Shown: positions 45,676 to 54,230 of the stretch, in pieces
Position numbering within the stretch: the first letter of the stretch is position 1
How the letters are laid out: every line of letters begins with the position of its first letter
NCBI GenBank assembly: GCA_965248435.1
Contig: OZ252100.1
Coordinates: forward strand, 1,888,001-1,952,000
Length of the DNA stretch: 64,000 nt
Source: Candidatus Latescibacterota bacterium
GTDB taxonomy: Bacteria > Latescibacterota > UBA2968 > GCA-2709665
Direction of reading: 5' to 3'
Notes under the pieces: model-generated
What the model was told of the DNA's origin: nothing
Seen by the model: the letters and a program-made list of their open reading frames with translations, nothing else
Database searches by the model: none
Made by a program: the position numbers and the translations under genes

Positions 45676-46737
45676 TCATCCACCTCTTGGTCTCAATACG
45701 ATCTTCGGATCACTGCTAGATCCCGTAATCTGGACGCTCACCGGAATCACCTCGGTCCCGAACAAGGCCCCGAACGTGCGTCCGAGACTCAAGCCCCCGA
45801 TGTTCACTTCGGAAATCGGAATTTCCGCATCTAAGACATAGTCTAGATCCCCCTGGACCCCGGTCGATCCTCTCAACCGGCACGGGATGCCCGCCGCGCG
45901 TACGTGCAGGTCATCCAGAACCATTTTCTCGCCTGTCAGTCTGAAGGAAGCGCGCAAGTCGTGTAGTGGAATCCCTCTGAAATCCACAAAACCCGCCTGC
46001 GGCACCTCCGATGCCAGCGTTTCCAGGATGTGCCAATTTGTGATCTCCCCCTCGCGCATTCGTAGCTGACCACGTACTTCCAGTCCGGTTGAGTCCGGCG
46101 ACCCGGATACGGACACAAGAACCTCCATCCGCCCAAAAATCGGCACGGCCCAATCCAGACCCTCTTCTACCACGCAGTTGACGTCCAGACTGTCGCCCTG
46201 AAATGTAGCCTGGATCGGCACGCGGCCGTTCTGATCCCCCCTGCGCCGACCGACCTCGATCTCGCCCGACAGGGCCCCACCACAAACTTCGGCCATCAAA
46301 TCCTTGACCACGATGCGCTTTTCTGTCAGCCTCGCCTTCCCCAGAACGTGGCGATAGGTCACTCCGCCAATGACCAACGCATCTACTCGCGCCGATGCAT
46401 CACCAGGCTCTCCCCGAATCATCTCCCAGGTCCCCATCGATATCTCGGCCTGCTCTGCCAGAAGGAAGGGAGCTGAACCAGGGATTTCGTCTTCCATAAT
46501 CTTGAGCTCTTGAATCGAGACCTTTACATTTGTATATACCCGAACCTGTAGCCCTGTGATTTCCACAGGTCTCTCAAAGGCCTCCTGCAACCCTCCCACA
46601 ATCCGGCCACGAGCCCAATCCAACCCGAACAGGGTCCAGAACCCGGCCAGCCCGGCGCCGAGCAAACCCACGAACACCACGAGCAGCAAGGCAGTTCTGA
46701 CGCCCTTCTGCCGAAACATCCTCCGGTTCAAGACCAA
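45676..46737 (-). CDS. AsmA-like protein
   Basis: N-terminal TM anchor, then beta-rich repeats ending IPV..QI.GS..DPKI. Confidence 0.65.
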   Translation of the reverse strand: MVLNRRMFRQKGVRTALLLVVFVGLLGAGLAGFWTLFGLDWARGRIVGGLQEAFERPVEITGLQVRVYTNVKVSIQELKIMEDEIPGSAPFLLAEQAEISMGTWEMIRGEPGDASARVDALVIGGVTYRHVLGKARLTEKRIVVKDLMAEVCGGALSGEIEVGRRRGDQNGRVPIQATFQGDSLDVNCVVEEGLDWAVPIFGRMEVLVSVSGSPDSTGLEVRGQLRMREGEITNWHILETLASEVPQAGFVDFRGIPLHDLRASFRLTGEKMVLDDLHVRAAGIPCRLRGSTGVQGDLDYVLDAEIPISEVNIGGLSLGRTFGALFGTEVIPVSVQITGSSSDPKIVLRPRGG

Positions 46738-46749
46738 GGAGATCTCCCC

Positions 46750-46779
46750 AAAAAAAAGAGCCCACCGGGCGGCGGACTC
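46750..46779 (-). terminator. Intrinsic terminator after the M48 peptidase gene
   Basis: Minus strand GAGTCCGCC-GCCC-GGTGGGCTC followed by T8. Confidence 0.65.
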
Positions 46780-46782
46780 GAA

Positions 46783-47640
46783 TCAATTGCCCCGGCGTGG
46801 GGTCCGCCGCTTTCGGCCCGCTTCTCGCTTCGCAATACGGGCCTTGATGAACTGAAATCGATCAGAATCCATCTTCAAGCCGGGCTTGGCGGGCAGCTTT
46901 GCGATCCCGGCGCGGACCTTGGCGATCCGCTCCTGCGTGGCAGGATGCGTGGAGAACCAGACGCCTGCATCCTCCTGCTCCGACTCCTGTTCTGCGAGTA
47001 ATTTCTCGAAGAACGTCGCCATCCCCTCCGGATCCACCCCCGCCGAATACGTCTCCTCCACGGCAAACCGATCCGCCTCGAGCTCCGCATCGCGCCCGTA
47101 TTTCAGCAGCGTGAGTCCGGCACCCAGCTGCGCGAACTGCCCGGCCACGTCGCGCGCCACCGTCCGATCCCCGCTTCCGCCGACCGCCAGTTCGATCAGC
47201 ACCCCCAGCCCGAACCGCTTCGTAATCTGACGGGCCCCGTGTCGACCCACAACGTGACCGATCTCGTGGCCCATCACCCCCGCGAGCTCTGACTCGTTTT
47301 CCGCCGTCGTGATCAACCCCAGATTCACGTAGAGCCATCCACCCGGCACGGCGAAGGCGTTCACCTCGTCCGTATCCACCACCTTGATATGATAGGTAAT
47401 GTCCGTTCGCCGGGAGTGGCGCGCCAGCGCCTGCCCCAGGCTGTCCACGTAGCCCTGGACGATCGGATCTCGGTAGATGGGGAGAGAGCGCTCGATCTCG
47501 CGGGCGGCCTGCTCGCCGATCTCTACCTCTTGCTGGGTCGAAAGCAGGTTGAGCTGACCGAGGGCAGTGCAGGACACCCCGCCCAGGCCGGCCGCTGCGA
47601 TCAACATCGACGCGCGAAACAGCCTTGAGAATCCGTTCAT
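46783..47640 (-). CDS. M48 family zinc metallopeptidase (BepA/YfgC-like lipoprotein)
   Basis: NAFA.PGG, ELAGV.GHEIGH (HExxH), E.EAD, STHP; lipobox GVSC. Start at 47640 overlaps the ldcA stop. Confidence 0.9.
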   Translation of the reverse strand: MNGFSRLFRASMLIAAAGLGGVSCTALGQLNLLSTQQEVEIGEQAAREIERSLPIYRDPIVQGYVDSLGQALARHSRRTDITYHIKVVDTDEVNAFAVPGGWLYVNLGLITTAENESELAGVMGHEIGHVVGRHGARQITKRFGLGVLIELAVGGSGDRTVARDVAGQFAQLGAGLTLLKYGRDAELEADRFAVEETYSAGVDPEGMATFFEKLLAEQESEQEDAGVWFSTHPATQERIAKVRAGIAKLPAKPGLKMDSDRFQFIKARIAKREAGRKRRTPRRGN

Positions 47641-48545
47641 GACGGCCTGTTCACCTTGAAGGTCATTCGACCCGCCTCCTCGACGATCACCGGAAGCCCG
47701 ACGGGCAACACGGTGCGACCCCGACCGTGACCGTATGGAAGCCCGCTGTAGACGGGGCACGGGACCGATTCGGCGAAGGCCGTGAAGACCTCCAACGGAG
47801 ATCCATCTTCCTTCGCCTCTGCATCGCATTCCTCGAACTGCCCGAAAACAACCCCCCCGACGCGATCGAATATGCCCGCCATGCGGAGCTGGAACAACAT
47901 GCGGTCCAGCCTGTAAGGGGGTTCGTTCACGTCCTCAAGGAAAAGCACAGACCCATCCAGATCCGGCAGGTAAGGCGTCCCCACCAGGGAGACCATGAGC
48001 GAAAGGCAGCCCCCTAGCAAAGGTCCTTCCACCCTTCCTGTCCTCAGCGCCCGCAGCCCCCCTACGGTAGAGTGCTGGCCTTCTGTGAGGCCATTCCAGA
48101 GGGCAGCCTCGGTCGGCTCGGCCAGTCCGTCGGAGTCCACATCCTTGCAAAGCACAACGCCTGAATAGCTCACGAGTCCCGTCCGGGCGTAGAGTCCGAG
48201 CTGAAGGGCGGTCGTGTCGCTAAATCCTACAAAAATCTTCGGATCTTCCCGGACCAGATCGTAGTCCACCAGATCGAGAAGGCGGGCAGATCCGTAGCCA
48301 CCGCGGGCGGTGAAGATGGCCCGCACCTCCCGGTCGCCCAGCATCTGATTCAGGTCCGCGGCGCGGTCTGCGTCGCTCCCGGCGAGATACCGCGTTCTCG
48401 CATATAGCGAAGCCCCCTCTCGCACCCCATAACCCCTCCGTTGGAGGTAAGAAATCCCATCCAGAAGCCGCTCACGATCGACTGGACCGGAAGGGGCAAT
48501 CACTCCCACAGTATCTCCGGGGCGCAAGAGAGGCGGAAGAATCAC
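47637..48545 (-). CDS. ldcA: LD-carboxypeptidase (S66)
   Basis: APSG, RGGYG, GFSD.T (Ser), LED..E..Y..DR.L, GH (His). Confidence 0.92.
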   Translation of the reverse strand: MILPPLLRPGDTVGVIAPSGPVDRERLLDGISYLQRRGYGVREGASLYARTRYLAGSDADRAADLNQMLGDREVRAIFTARGGYGSARLLDLVDYDLVREDPKIFVGFSDTTALQLGLYARTGLVSYSGVVLCKDVDSDGLAEPTEAALWNGLTEGQHSTVGGLRALRTGRVEGPLLGGCLSLMVSLVGTPYLPDLDGSVLFLEDVNEPPYRLDRMLFQLRMAGIFDRVGGVVFGQFEECDAEAKEDGSPLEVFTAFAESVPCPVYSGLPYGHGRGRTVLPVGLPVIVEEAGRMTFKVNRPS

Positions 48546-49957
48546 GAATCCTCCCCCGCTTCAACATGCTTTGCAGAGCGCTCTTTAAAGCGAGTTAACA
48601 GCCCGTACGCAAAAGCGGTCAATGTATCGTCTCTCGCCCCCATCACAACCACACGATCTCCGGACCGCACGATCGCTTCGAGTCTTTCCGCAATCGCTTC
48701 CCGCTCGGGAATGAATTCTGAAAAGCATCCCTGACCGGCGATCGCATCCACCAGGTCGCTGGACGAAATGTTGCGCTCTGCGGTCCCTCCGGCATAAAAG
48801 ATCTCCGGCATTATGAGCAGGTCGCCCTCGTCCAAGCCCCCCACGAACGCTTCGACCAATCCATCCCTCAGAAAAAGCGTAGGAGCGAACCCGTGGGGTT
48901 GAAAGAGGACGATCAATCTGCCCGGAACCGCCTTCAATGTGTTCAATGATGCTGCGATCTTGTCCGGATTGTGGGCAAAGTCGTCGATCACAGACACGCC
49001 GCCCGCCTACCCCAGGAACTGGAGCCGCCTTCGGATACCGCGAAATCCTGCCAGCTCGTCCGCAGCCGCGTCCAGAGAAACGCCAAGCTGGTTGGCGGCA
49101 GCAATCGCGGCCAGAGCGTTCGAAACGTTGTGTCTTCCAGCTACCTGTAGCCGACAGGACGCCCCATTCACCCGAAATCGAATTCCATTGGCCAGGGCCT
49201 CCAGTTTCGTTGCCCTCACGTCCGACCTCTCCAAACCGAACGTAACGACGTTCGGGTTCACGTCCAGCATCGTTGCCGATTCCCCGCAATCGGCGTTGAT
49301 CACCGACGCCTCCCGTGCCCGCTCGCAAAACGCACCGAAGAGGACCTTGAGCTCATTCACCGGTTTGTGATCCAGGGCAATGTTCGTCACGACGGCAACA
49401 GCGGGATCGTAGAGCTCGATCGTGCCGTCGCTTTCATCCGCCTCGATGATCACGAGGTCGGGATCTCCGCAGACTGCGTTCCCCAGGTATGGAAATGTCT
49501 GCGCGTCCAACATCATCCCCCCGTTGATCACCGTCGGATCTCTCCCCGCGCCCTTCAGTATGTGTCCTATCATCCCCGTGACCGTCGACTTCCCGCTCGT
49601 CCCACCCACCGCGACGCCATCCCTTCCGTTGAAGAGCGAAGAAAGCAGCTCTGCTCGCCTTCGGATCGTGATCCGCTTCGCAAGGGCCGACCGGACATCC
49701 AGGTTCGAATCCTCCACCGCCGTGGAGGTGACGACCTCCTCCACCTGTTCGTCCACTCCCGATCCATCCTGGGAGTACAGCCGGATCCCCTGGGCAGTCA
49801 GACGATCGTAGAGGTCCCGATTCTCACCCCGGTCTCGACTTCGGTCTGACCCCCTCACGGTATGGCCACGATGCCGCAACACTTGTGCGAGGGCGCTCAT
49901 ACCGCTCCCCCCGATTCCGCACAGAAAGAACGTTTTCCCTTTGTTTATCGTTGACAA
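48542..49957 (-). pseudogene. MurC/Mpl-like Mur ligase interrupted by an in-frame TAG at 49007-49009
   Basis: GIGGSGMS, G..GKST, EADESDG, DH, G.HN..N, G..RR. One frame reads ...RRRLQFLG*AGGVSVIDDFAHNP... and continues into the C-terminal domain (ORFs 49007-49957 and 48542-48997). Confidence 0.8.
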
Positions 49958-49997
49958 GGCAATTTACTCTATAAGGTGTAGATAGCAGATCGTCACA

Positions 49998-50026
49998 AGT
50001 CTAAATGCTCACCCGGGGTTTGTCAA
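49998..50026 (-). promoter_or_regulatory. Sigma70 promoter of the Mur ligase-ldcA-M48 operon
   Basis: Minus strand TTGACA-N17-TAGACT. Confidence 0.7.
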
Positions 50027-50064
50027 GCACCGGACCTTCTCAGGATCGCATCACCGGAATGCAC

Positions 50065-50091
50065 AAAAAAAACAGGACCAGAATGGTCCTG
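50065..50091 (-). terminator. Intrinsic terminator of the DUF5610 operon
   Basis: Minus strand CAGGACCA-TTC-TGGTCCTG followed by T8. Confidence 0.8.
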
Positions 50092-50122
50092 CCTCAAGAA
50101 AGGTCTTCAAACTGAAATGTGA

Positions 50123-50314
50123 TTAACCTACAAGATCCACCTCGCCCCCAAGTCCGCTCATATCAGCTGTGCCGGGCGGTGCTTGCAGCTTCATCGACAT
50201 CGCAACGCCCACCATCTTCGTCGCGAGGTCCATCTGGGCCTGGAGGGATTGTCCGAGCACCGCCTCGATCAACCCCGCCGCCATCTGATTCTGTATGGAG
50301 GCCGCATGCATCAT
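50123..50314 (-). CDS. Small YjfB-like (putative motility) protein
   Basis: 63 aa, rich in Ala/Met/Gln, ending LGGEVDLVG like the YjfB G..(I/V)D tail; ATGA overlap with the upstream gene; followed by a terminator. Confidence 0.6.
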   Translation of the reverse strand: MMHAASIQNQMAAGLIEAVLGQSLQAQMDLATKMVGVAMSMKLQAPPGTADMSGLGGEVDLVG

Positions 50315-50925
50315 GAAACGAGTCCTCCCGGGGATTCCCCAGCTTCATCATTCCGTCGTGCACGGATCATGTCGAGCTGAGTCTGGTGGAAATGATCCAG
50401 GAGTTCATTTACCTGAATAAAGGTCCGCTCGATGCTTTCGTCGATCGTCTCGCTTACCTCGGCGATCCCTTCCAGGAATTCCCGAGCCTTCTGAAACCCT
50501 GCATCGATCGCTCCTCGTACAACCGACAGAAGACCGCCGATCTGCTCCTCACCAAGTCCGCCTGCTTGATTTCCTCCAAAGGCCCCGAGGAAACCGGTCG
50601 CAAACGCCACGATACGGCGGGCAGCTGCCTCAGGAGATGTGTCGTTTTTCGAACCCCCTGCCTCGTCCACGCTCGCGTCGATATTTGTGTCAGAAAATGC
50701 CACCTTTAGCTGCTCCATTACCGAGTCTTTCAGAATTCCGTTCACGGCCTCGACGTTCAGCCGCCCTGACAGAGATATTTCCACGCTGTCATTCGCAGCC
50801 TGCACGCGAGTCGGCGACTCCTGTGACTTCGCCTGAGCCTTCTTTTCTTCCGCGCGGACAGCTTCGCGTTGTGCTCGGAACTGGGCAAGTAGCGCCTCGG
50901 TCCTGATGTCGTTTCGGATCGGCAT
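50311..50925 (-). CDS. DUF5610-like protein
   Basis: SPEAAARRIVAFATGF...VRGAIDAGFQKAREFLEG resembles the DUF5610 core; N-terminal DSVEISLSG is FlgM-like. Confidence 0.7.
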   Translation of the reverse strand: MPIRNDIRTEALLAQFRAQREAVRAEEKKAQAKSQESPTRVQAANDSVEISLSGRLNVEAVNGILKDSVMEQLKVAFSDTNIDASVDEAGGSKNDTSPEAAARRIVAFATGFLGAFGGNQAGGLGEEQIGGLLSVVRGAIDAGFQKAREFLEGIAEVSETIDESIERTFIQVNELLDHFHQTQLDMIRARRNDEAGESPGGLVS

Positions 50926-50968
50926 AGGCCGTACCCAAGGTTTGAAATCCTTCCCCCCCTATCTAATA

Positions 50969-50995
50969 TTATCGACAGATCTTGCGGAAACTTGA
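50969..50995 (-). promoter_or_regulatory. Sigma28 (FliA)-type promoter
   Basis: Minus strand TCAAG-N14-GTCGATAA, against consensus T(A/C)AAG-N14/15-GCCGATAA. Confidence 0.7.
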
Positions 50996-51038
50996 GCCGA
51001 AATGCCTGCCAACACGCCGTTTTCACAAACAGCCTCTG

Positions 51039-51067
51039 TTGACACCGGATACGGGCAGTCGTATATT
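51039..51067 (+). promoter_or_regulatory. Sigma70 promoter of glyQS
   Basis: TTGACA-N17-TATATT. Confidence 0.75.
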
Positions 51068-51072
51068 CTGCC

Positions 51073-51176
51073 CGTCGGGAATGTCGACCAATGGCTGACG
51101 CAACCCCTCAAAACACAAAGGGTTCCAAGATTCAAGGTGGAACCGTGGGACGCAATCTCTTTTCCTGGACTTTCAG
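51073..51176 (+). promoter_or_regulatory. Possible minimal T-box-like leader (Gly)
   Basis: AAGG-TGGAACC-GTG at 51134-51147; short stem 51073-51100 with GGC at the 3' edge of its loop. No canonical Stem I and no terminator. Confidence 0.35.
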
Positions 51177-54176
51177 TTGACTGAGTCTCCCAATCTTCAA
51201 AACCTGATACTTGATCTCGAGCGGTTCTGGGCCTCCAAGGGCTGTCTTATCTGGCAGCCCTACAGCGAAAAATTGGGGGCCGGCACGATGAACCCCGCCA
51301 CTTTTCTGAGGGTGATTGGACCTGAGCCCTGGTCCGTGGCCTACGTCGAACCCTCCTTCCGTCCAGACGACGGACGATTCGCGGAAAATCCAAACCGGAT
51401 GCAGATGTTTCTCCAATACCAGGTCATTCTGAAGCCTGACCCGGGTAACCCCCTGGAGCTCTACCTGAAAAGCCTGGAGGCCGTGGGTATCGACACCAGC
51501 CGCCACGATATCCGATTCGTTGAGGACAACTGGGAGTCCCCAGTACTTGGGGCGTGGGGTCTGGGATGGGAGGTCTGGCTCGACGGGATGGAAATCACCC
51601 AATTCACCTACTTCCAGCAAGCCGGTGGCATGGCACTCGACCCGGTCGCCGTAGAGATCACCTACGGCCTGGAGCGAATCGCGATGTATCGGCAGGAGGT
51701 CCGCGACGTCTGGGAACTCAGGTGGAACGACCGGGTGACCTACGGAGAGATGCTCAAACAGCAGGAGATAGAATACTGTCACTACGCCTTCAACACAGCC
51801 AGCGTGGAACGCCTCCAGAGTATGTATTCCCTCTTTGCCGAGGAGGCCAGGGAAGCGTTGGGTCGAGGTCAGATCTTGCCCGCCTACGACTATGTGGTGC
51901 GCTGTTCGCACGCCTTTAACCTGCTCGATACCCGAGGCGCAGTCGGCGTGACCGAACGCGCACGCTTCTTCGGAGAGATGCGGGAGCTCGCCCGCCAGGC
52001 GGCGGAAATGTTCGGCGAGCAGCGGAAGGAGAAAGAGTTCCCCCTGCTTTGCAAGAAACCCGACGCCGAAAAGGCCAAATCGCGGAGCGAAGATCTTCCC
52101 GATCTGGATGCCGCCGACCTTCTTCTGGAAATCGGCTCTGAAGAACTCCCGGCCTTTGACGTTCGCAGCGGCACAGACCAGCTTAGAACCCTTTTGGCCC
52201 GGCGCTTAGATGAGGAACGACTGGCATACGAGAAGATACAGATCGGGGGTACGCCGAGAAGGCTCTCGGCACTCGTCACCGGTTTGGCCGGCCGACAGCC
52301 GGACGAGGAACGCTGGGTGAGGGGACCCACCGTCAACGTTGCGTATGATGAATCGGGTGCGCCTACGCGCGCACTGGAAGGCTTCTGCCGTGGTCAGGGC
52401 GTCCGACCGGAAGAGGTCGAGAGACGCAAAGACGAAAAGGGAGTGGAATGCGTCTACGCTCTGCGGAAGGGCGAGGGTCGCAGAACACAAGAGATCCTAT
52501 CCACCCTTCTGCCCGAGCTCATCGGTGACCTCAAGTTTGGCAAGACGATGCGTTGGGATTCGGACGGCGTCTCCTACCCGAGGCCGATTCGATGGCTTGT
52601 GGCGCTTTTTGGAAGCCAGGTCATCCCGATCACCTACGCTCGCGCGGACGCCGGTCGAGCGAGTTTCGGCCTTCGAAGTGAAGGCACACCCGCAATCGAA
52701 TTCAGATCTGCAGATGAATACCAGTCCGTGACCGAGAAACAGGGTATCCTGGTCGACCGTGACCTCCGTCGAAGAAAAATCCAAGCGCAGGTGCGTAGGC
52801 TCGCTGAGGAAGTCGGTGGTGTTGTCGCTGAGGATCCAGACCTCCTCGAGGAGGTCACCGACCTGGTCGAGGCGCCGTTCGGGCTAAGGGGGAGCTTCGA
52901 CGCGTCCCACCTCGAACTCCCTCAAGAAGTTCTGACTACGGTCATGTCCAAACATCAGCGGTACTTTCCGATCCTCGATTCAAAAACGAGTCGGCTCCTG
53001 CCTCACTTCATCACGATCGCCAACGGCCGTTCGATCGACCCGGAAACCGTCCTGCGCGGAAACGAGGGCGTGATTCGGGCACGCTACGCCGACGCGGCGT
53101 TTTTCTACCGTGAGGATAGTCGCAAACCCCTGGAGGACTACCTTCCGAGCCTGGATGCGCTCACCTTCCAGGAAAATCTGGGATCGGTACTCGATAAGAC
53201 ACACCGCGTCGAAAAACTCGTGCCCGCCTTGTCATCCGATCTGGGCCTCGCGGAAAAGGAACAGGAGATGGCCCTGCGCGCTGCCAGGCTCTGCAAGGCC
53301 GATCTGGCCACCAGCATGGTGATCGAACTCACCTCTCTTCAGGGCGTTATGGGACGCTATTACGCCCTGGCCTCGGGCGAGCCGGAACCGGTCGCCGAAG
53401 CCATACAAGGCCACTACCACCCGCGCTTTCCCGGGGATGTGCTTCCCTCCTCACTTCCCGGGTTTGCGCTGTCCGTGGCCGACCGTCTCGACAGCCTCGC
53501 CGGGCTCTTCTCCGTTGGCATAAAGCCCAGGGCGACCGCCGATCCTTACGGACTCAGGCGAGACGCGCTCGGGTTGCTGGCTAACCTGATCGGACACCGC
53601 TGCCGCTTTTCCCTCAAAAAGGGTCTCGAGGCCGCGGCTGATCTGCTTCCGGTAGAGAAGGATCGGGATCGGCTCCAGGATGCCCTCGATTTTATCCTCA
53701 GACGGCTCGCCGTTCAGTTGCGAGACGAGGGGTTCAAGCACGACGTCGTCGAAGCGACGATTGAAGGCGGCTGTGACGATCCGTTCGAACTTCGACAGAT
53801 TGTCGAAGGCCTCACGAAAATGGTCGAGTCCGAGGACTGGCTGGAGACGCTCCACGCCTACTCCCGCTGCAAACGGATCGTGAAAGATCTGCCTGAGCAA
53901 CTCGATCTGGATCCAAGCGCCGACAAGGAAGAGGCAACACAGAACCTGGGGAAGGCTTTTCACTCCGCAAAGGAGCGAATGGATCGCGCAGAGGACCGAA
54001 TCGAGACACTCGGTCAAATCCTTGAAGACCTTCGAAATCCGATCAACACCTTCTTCGACGACGTCCTCGTGATGTCCGAGGACGAAACCCTTCGCAACGC
54101 ACGCCTCGCCCTCGTCCAGCGCATCGCTGCCCTGCCTGACGGTACTGCCGACCTGAGCCTTTTGGAAGGCTTTTAA
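51177..54176 (+). CDS. glyQS: Fused glycyl-tRNA synthetase alpha+beta subunits
   Basis: Alpha: [51 protein letters not shown]. Beta: [33 protein letters not shown]. One continuous 999-aa ORF. Confidence 0.96.
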   Translation: MTESPNLQNLILDLERFWASKGCLIWQPYSEKLGAGTMNPATFLRVIGPEPWSVAYVEPSFRPDDGRFAENPNRMQMFLQYQVILKPDPGNPLELYLKSLEAVGIDTSRHDIRFVEDNWESPVLGAWGLGWEVWLDGMEITQFTYFQQAGGMALDPVAVEITYGLERIAMYRQEVRDVWELRWNDRVTYGEMLKQQEIEYCHYAFNTASVERLQSMYSLFAEEAREALGRGQILPAYDYVVRCSHAFNLLDTRGAVGVTERARFFGEMRELARQAAEMFGEQRKEKEFPLLCKKPDAEKAKSRSEDLPDLDAADLLLEIGSEELPAFDVRSGTDQLRTLLARRLDEERLAYEKIQIGGTPRRLSALVTGLAGRQPDEERWVRGPTVNVAYDESGAPTRALEGFCRGQGVRPEEVERRKDEKGVECVYALRKGEGRRTQEILSTLLPELIGDLKFGKTMRWDSDGVSYPRPIRWLVALFGSQVIPITYARADAGRASFGLRSEGTPAIEFRSADEYQSVTEKQGILVDRDLRRRKIQAQVRRLAEEVGGVVAEDPDLLEEVTDLVEAPFGLRGSFDASHLELPQEVLTTVMSKHQRYFPILDSKTSRLLPHFITIANGRSIDPETVLRGNEGVIRARYADAAFFYREDSRKPLEDYLPSLDALTFQENLGSVLDKTHRVEKLVPALSSDLGLAEKEQEMALRAARLCKADLATSMVIELTSLQGVMGRYYALASGEPEPVAEAIQGHYHPRFPGDVLPSSLPGFALSVADRLDSLAGLFSVGIKPRATADPYGLRRDALGLLANLIGHRCRFSLKKGLEAAADLLPVEKDRDRLQDALDFILRRLAVQLRDEGFKHDVVEATIEGGCDDPFELRQIVEGLTKMVESEDWLETLHAYSRCKRIVKDLPEQLDLDPSADKEEATQNLGKAFHSAKERMDRAEDRIETLGQILEDLRNPINTFFDDVLVMSEDETLRNARLALVQRIAALPDGTADLSLLEGF

Positions 54177-54230
54177 GCGCTTCTTCTCGAAGGACAACGT
54201 CCGATCGCCTCACGCCATCTCCCAAACGAA

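Noticed and set aside
49007-49009. Genome-wide TAG reassignment
   Set aside because: Several full-length genes here end at TAG at their expected C-termini (C25 protein, nfo, mrdA).
54177-54230. Integration site marking the TPR array as a mobile island
   Set aside because: No att-like repeat, tRNA, integrase or transposase is visible; the other boundary lies outside the window.
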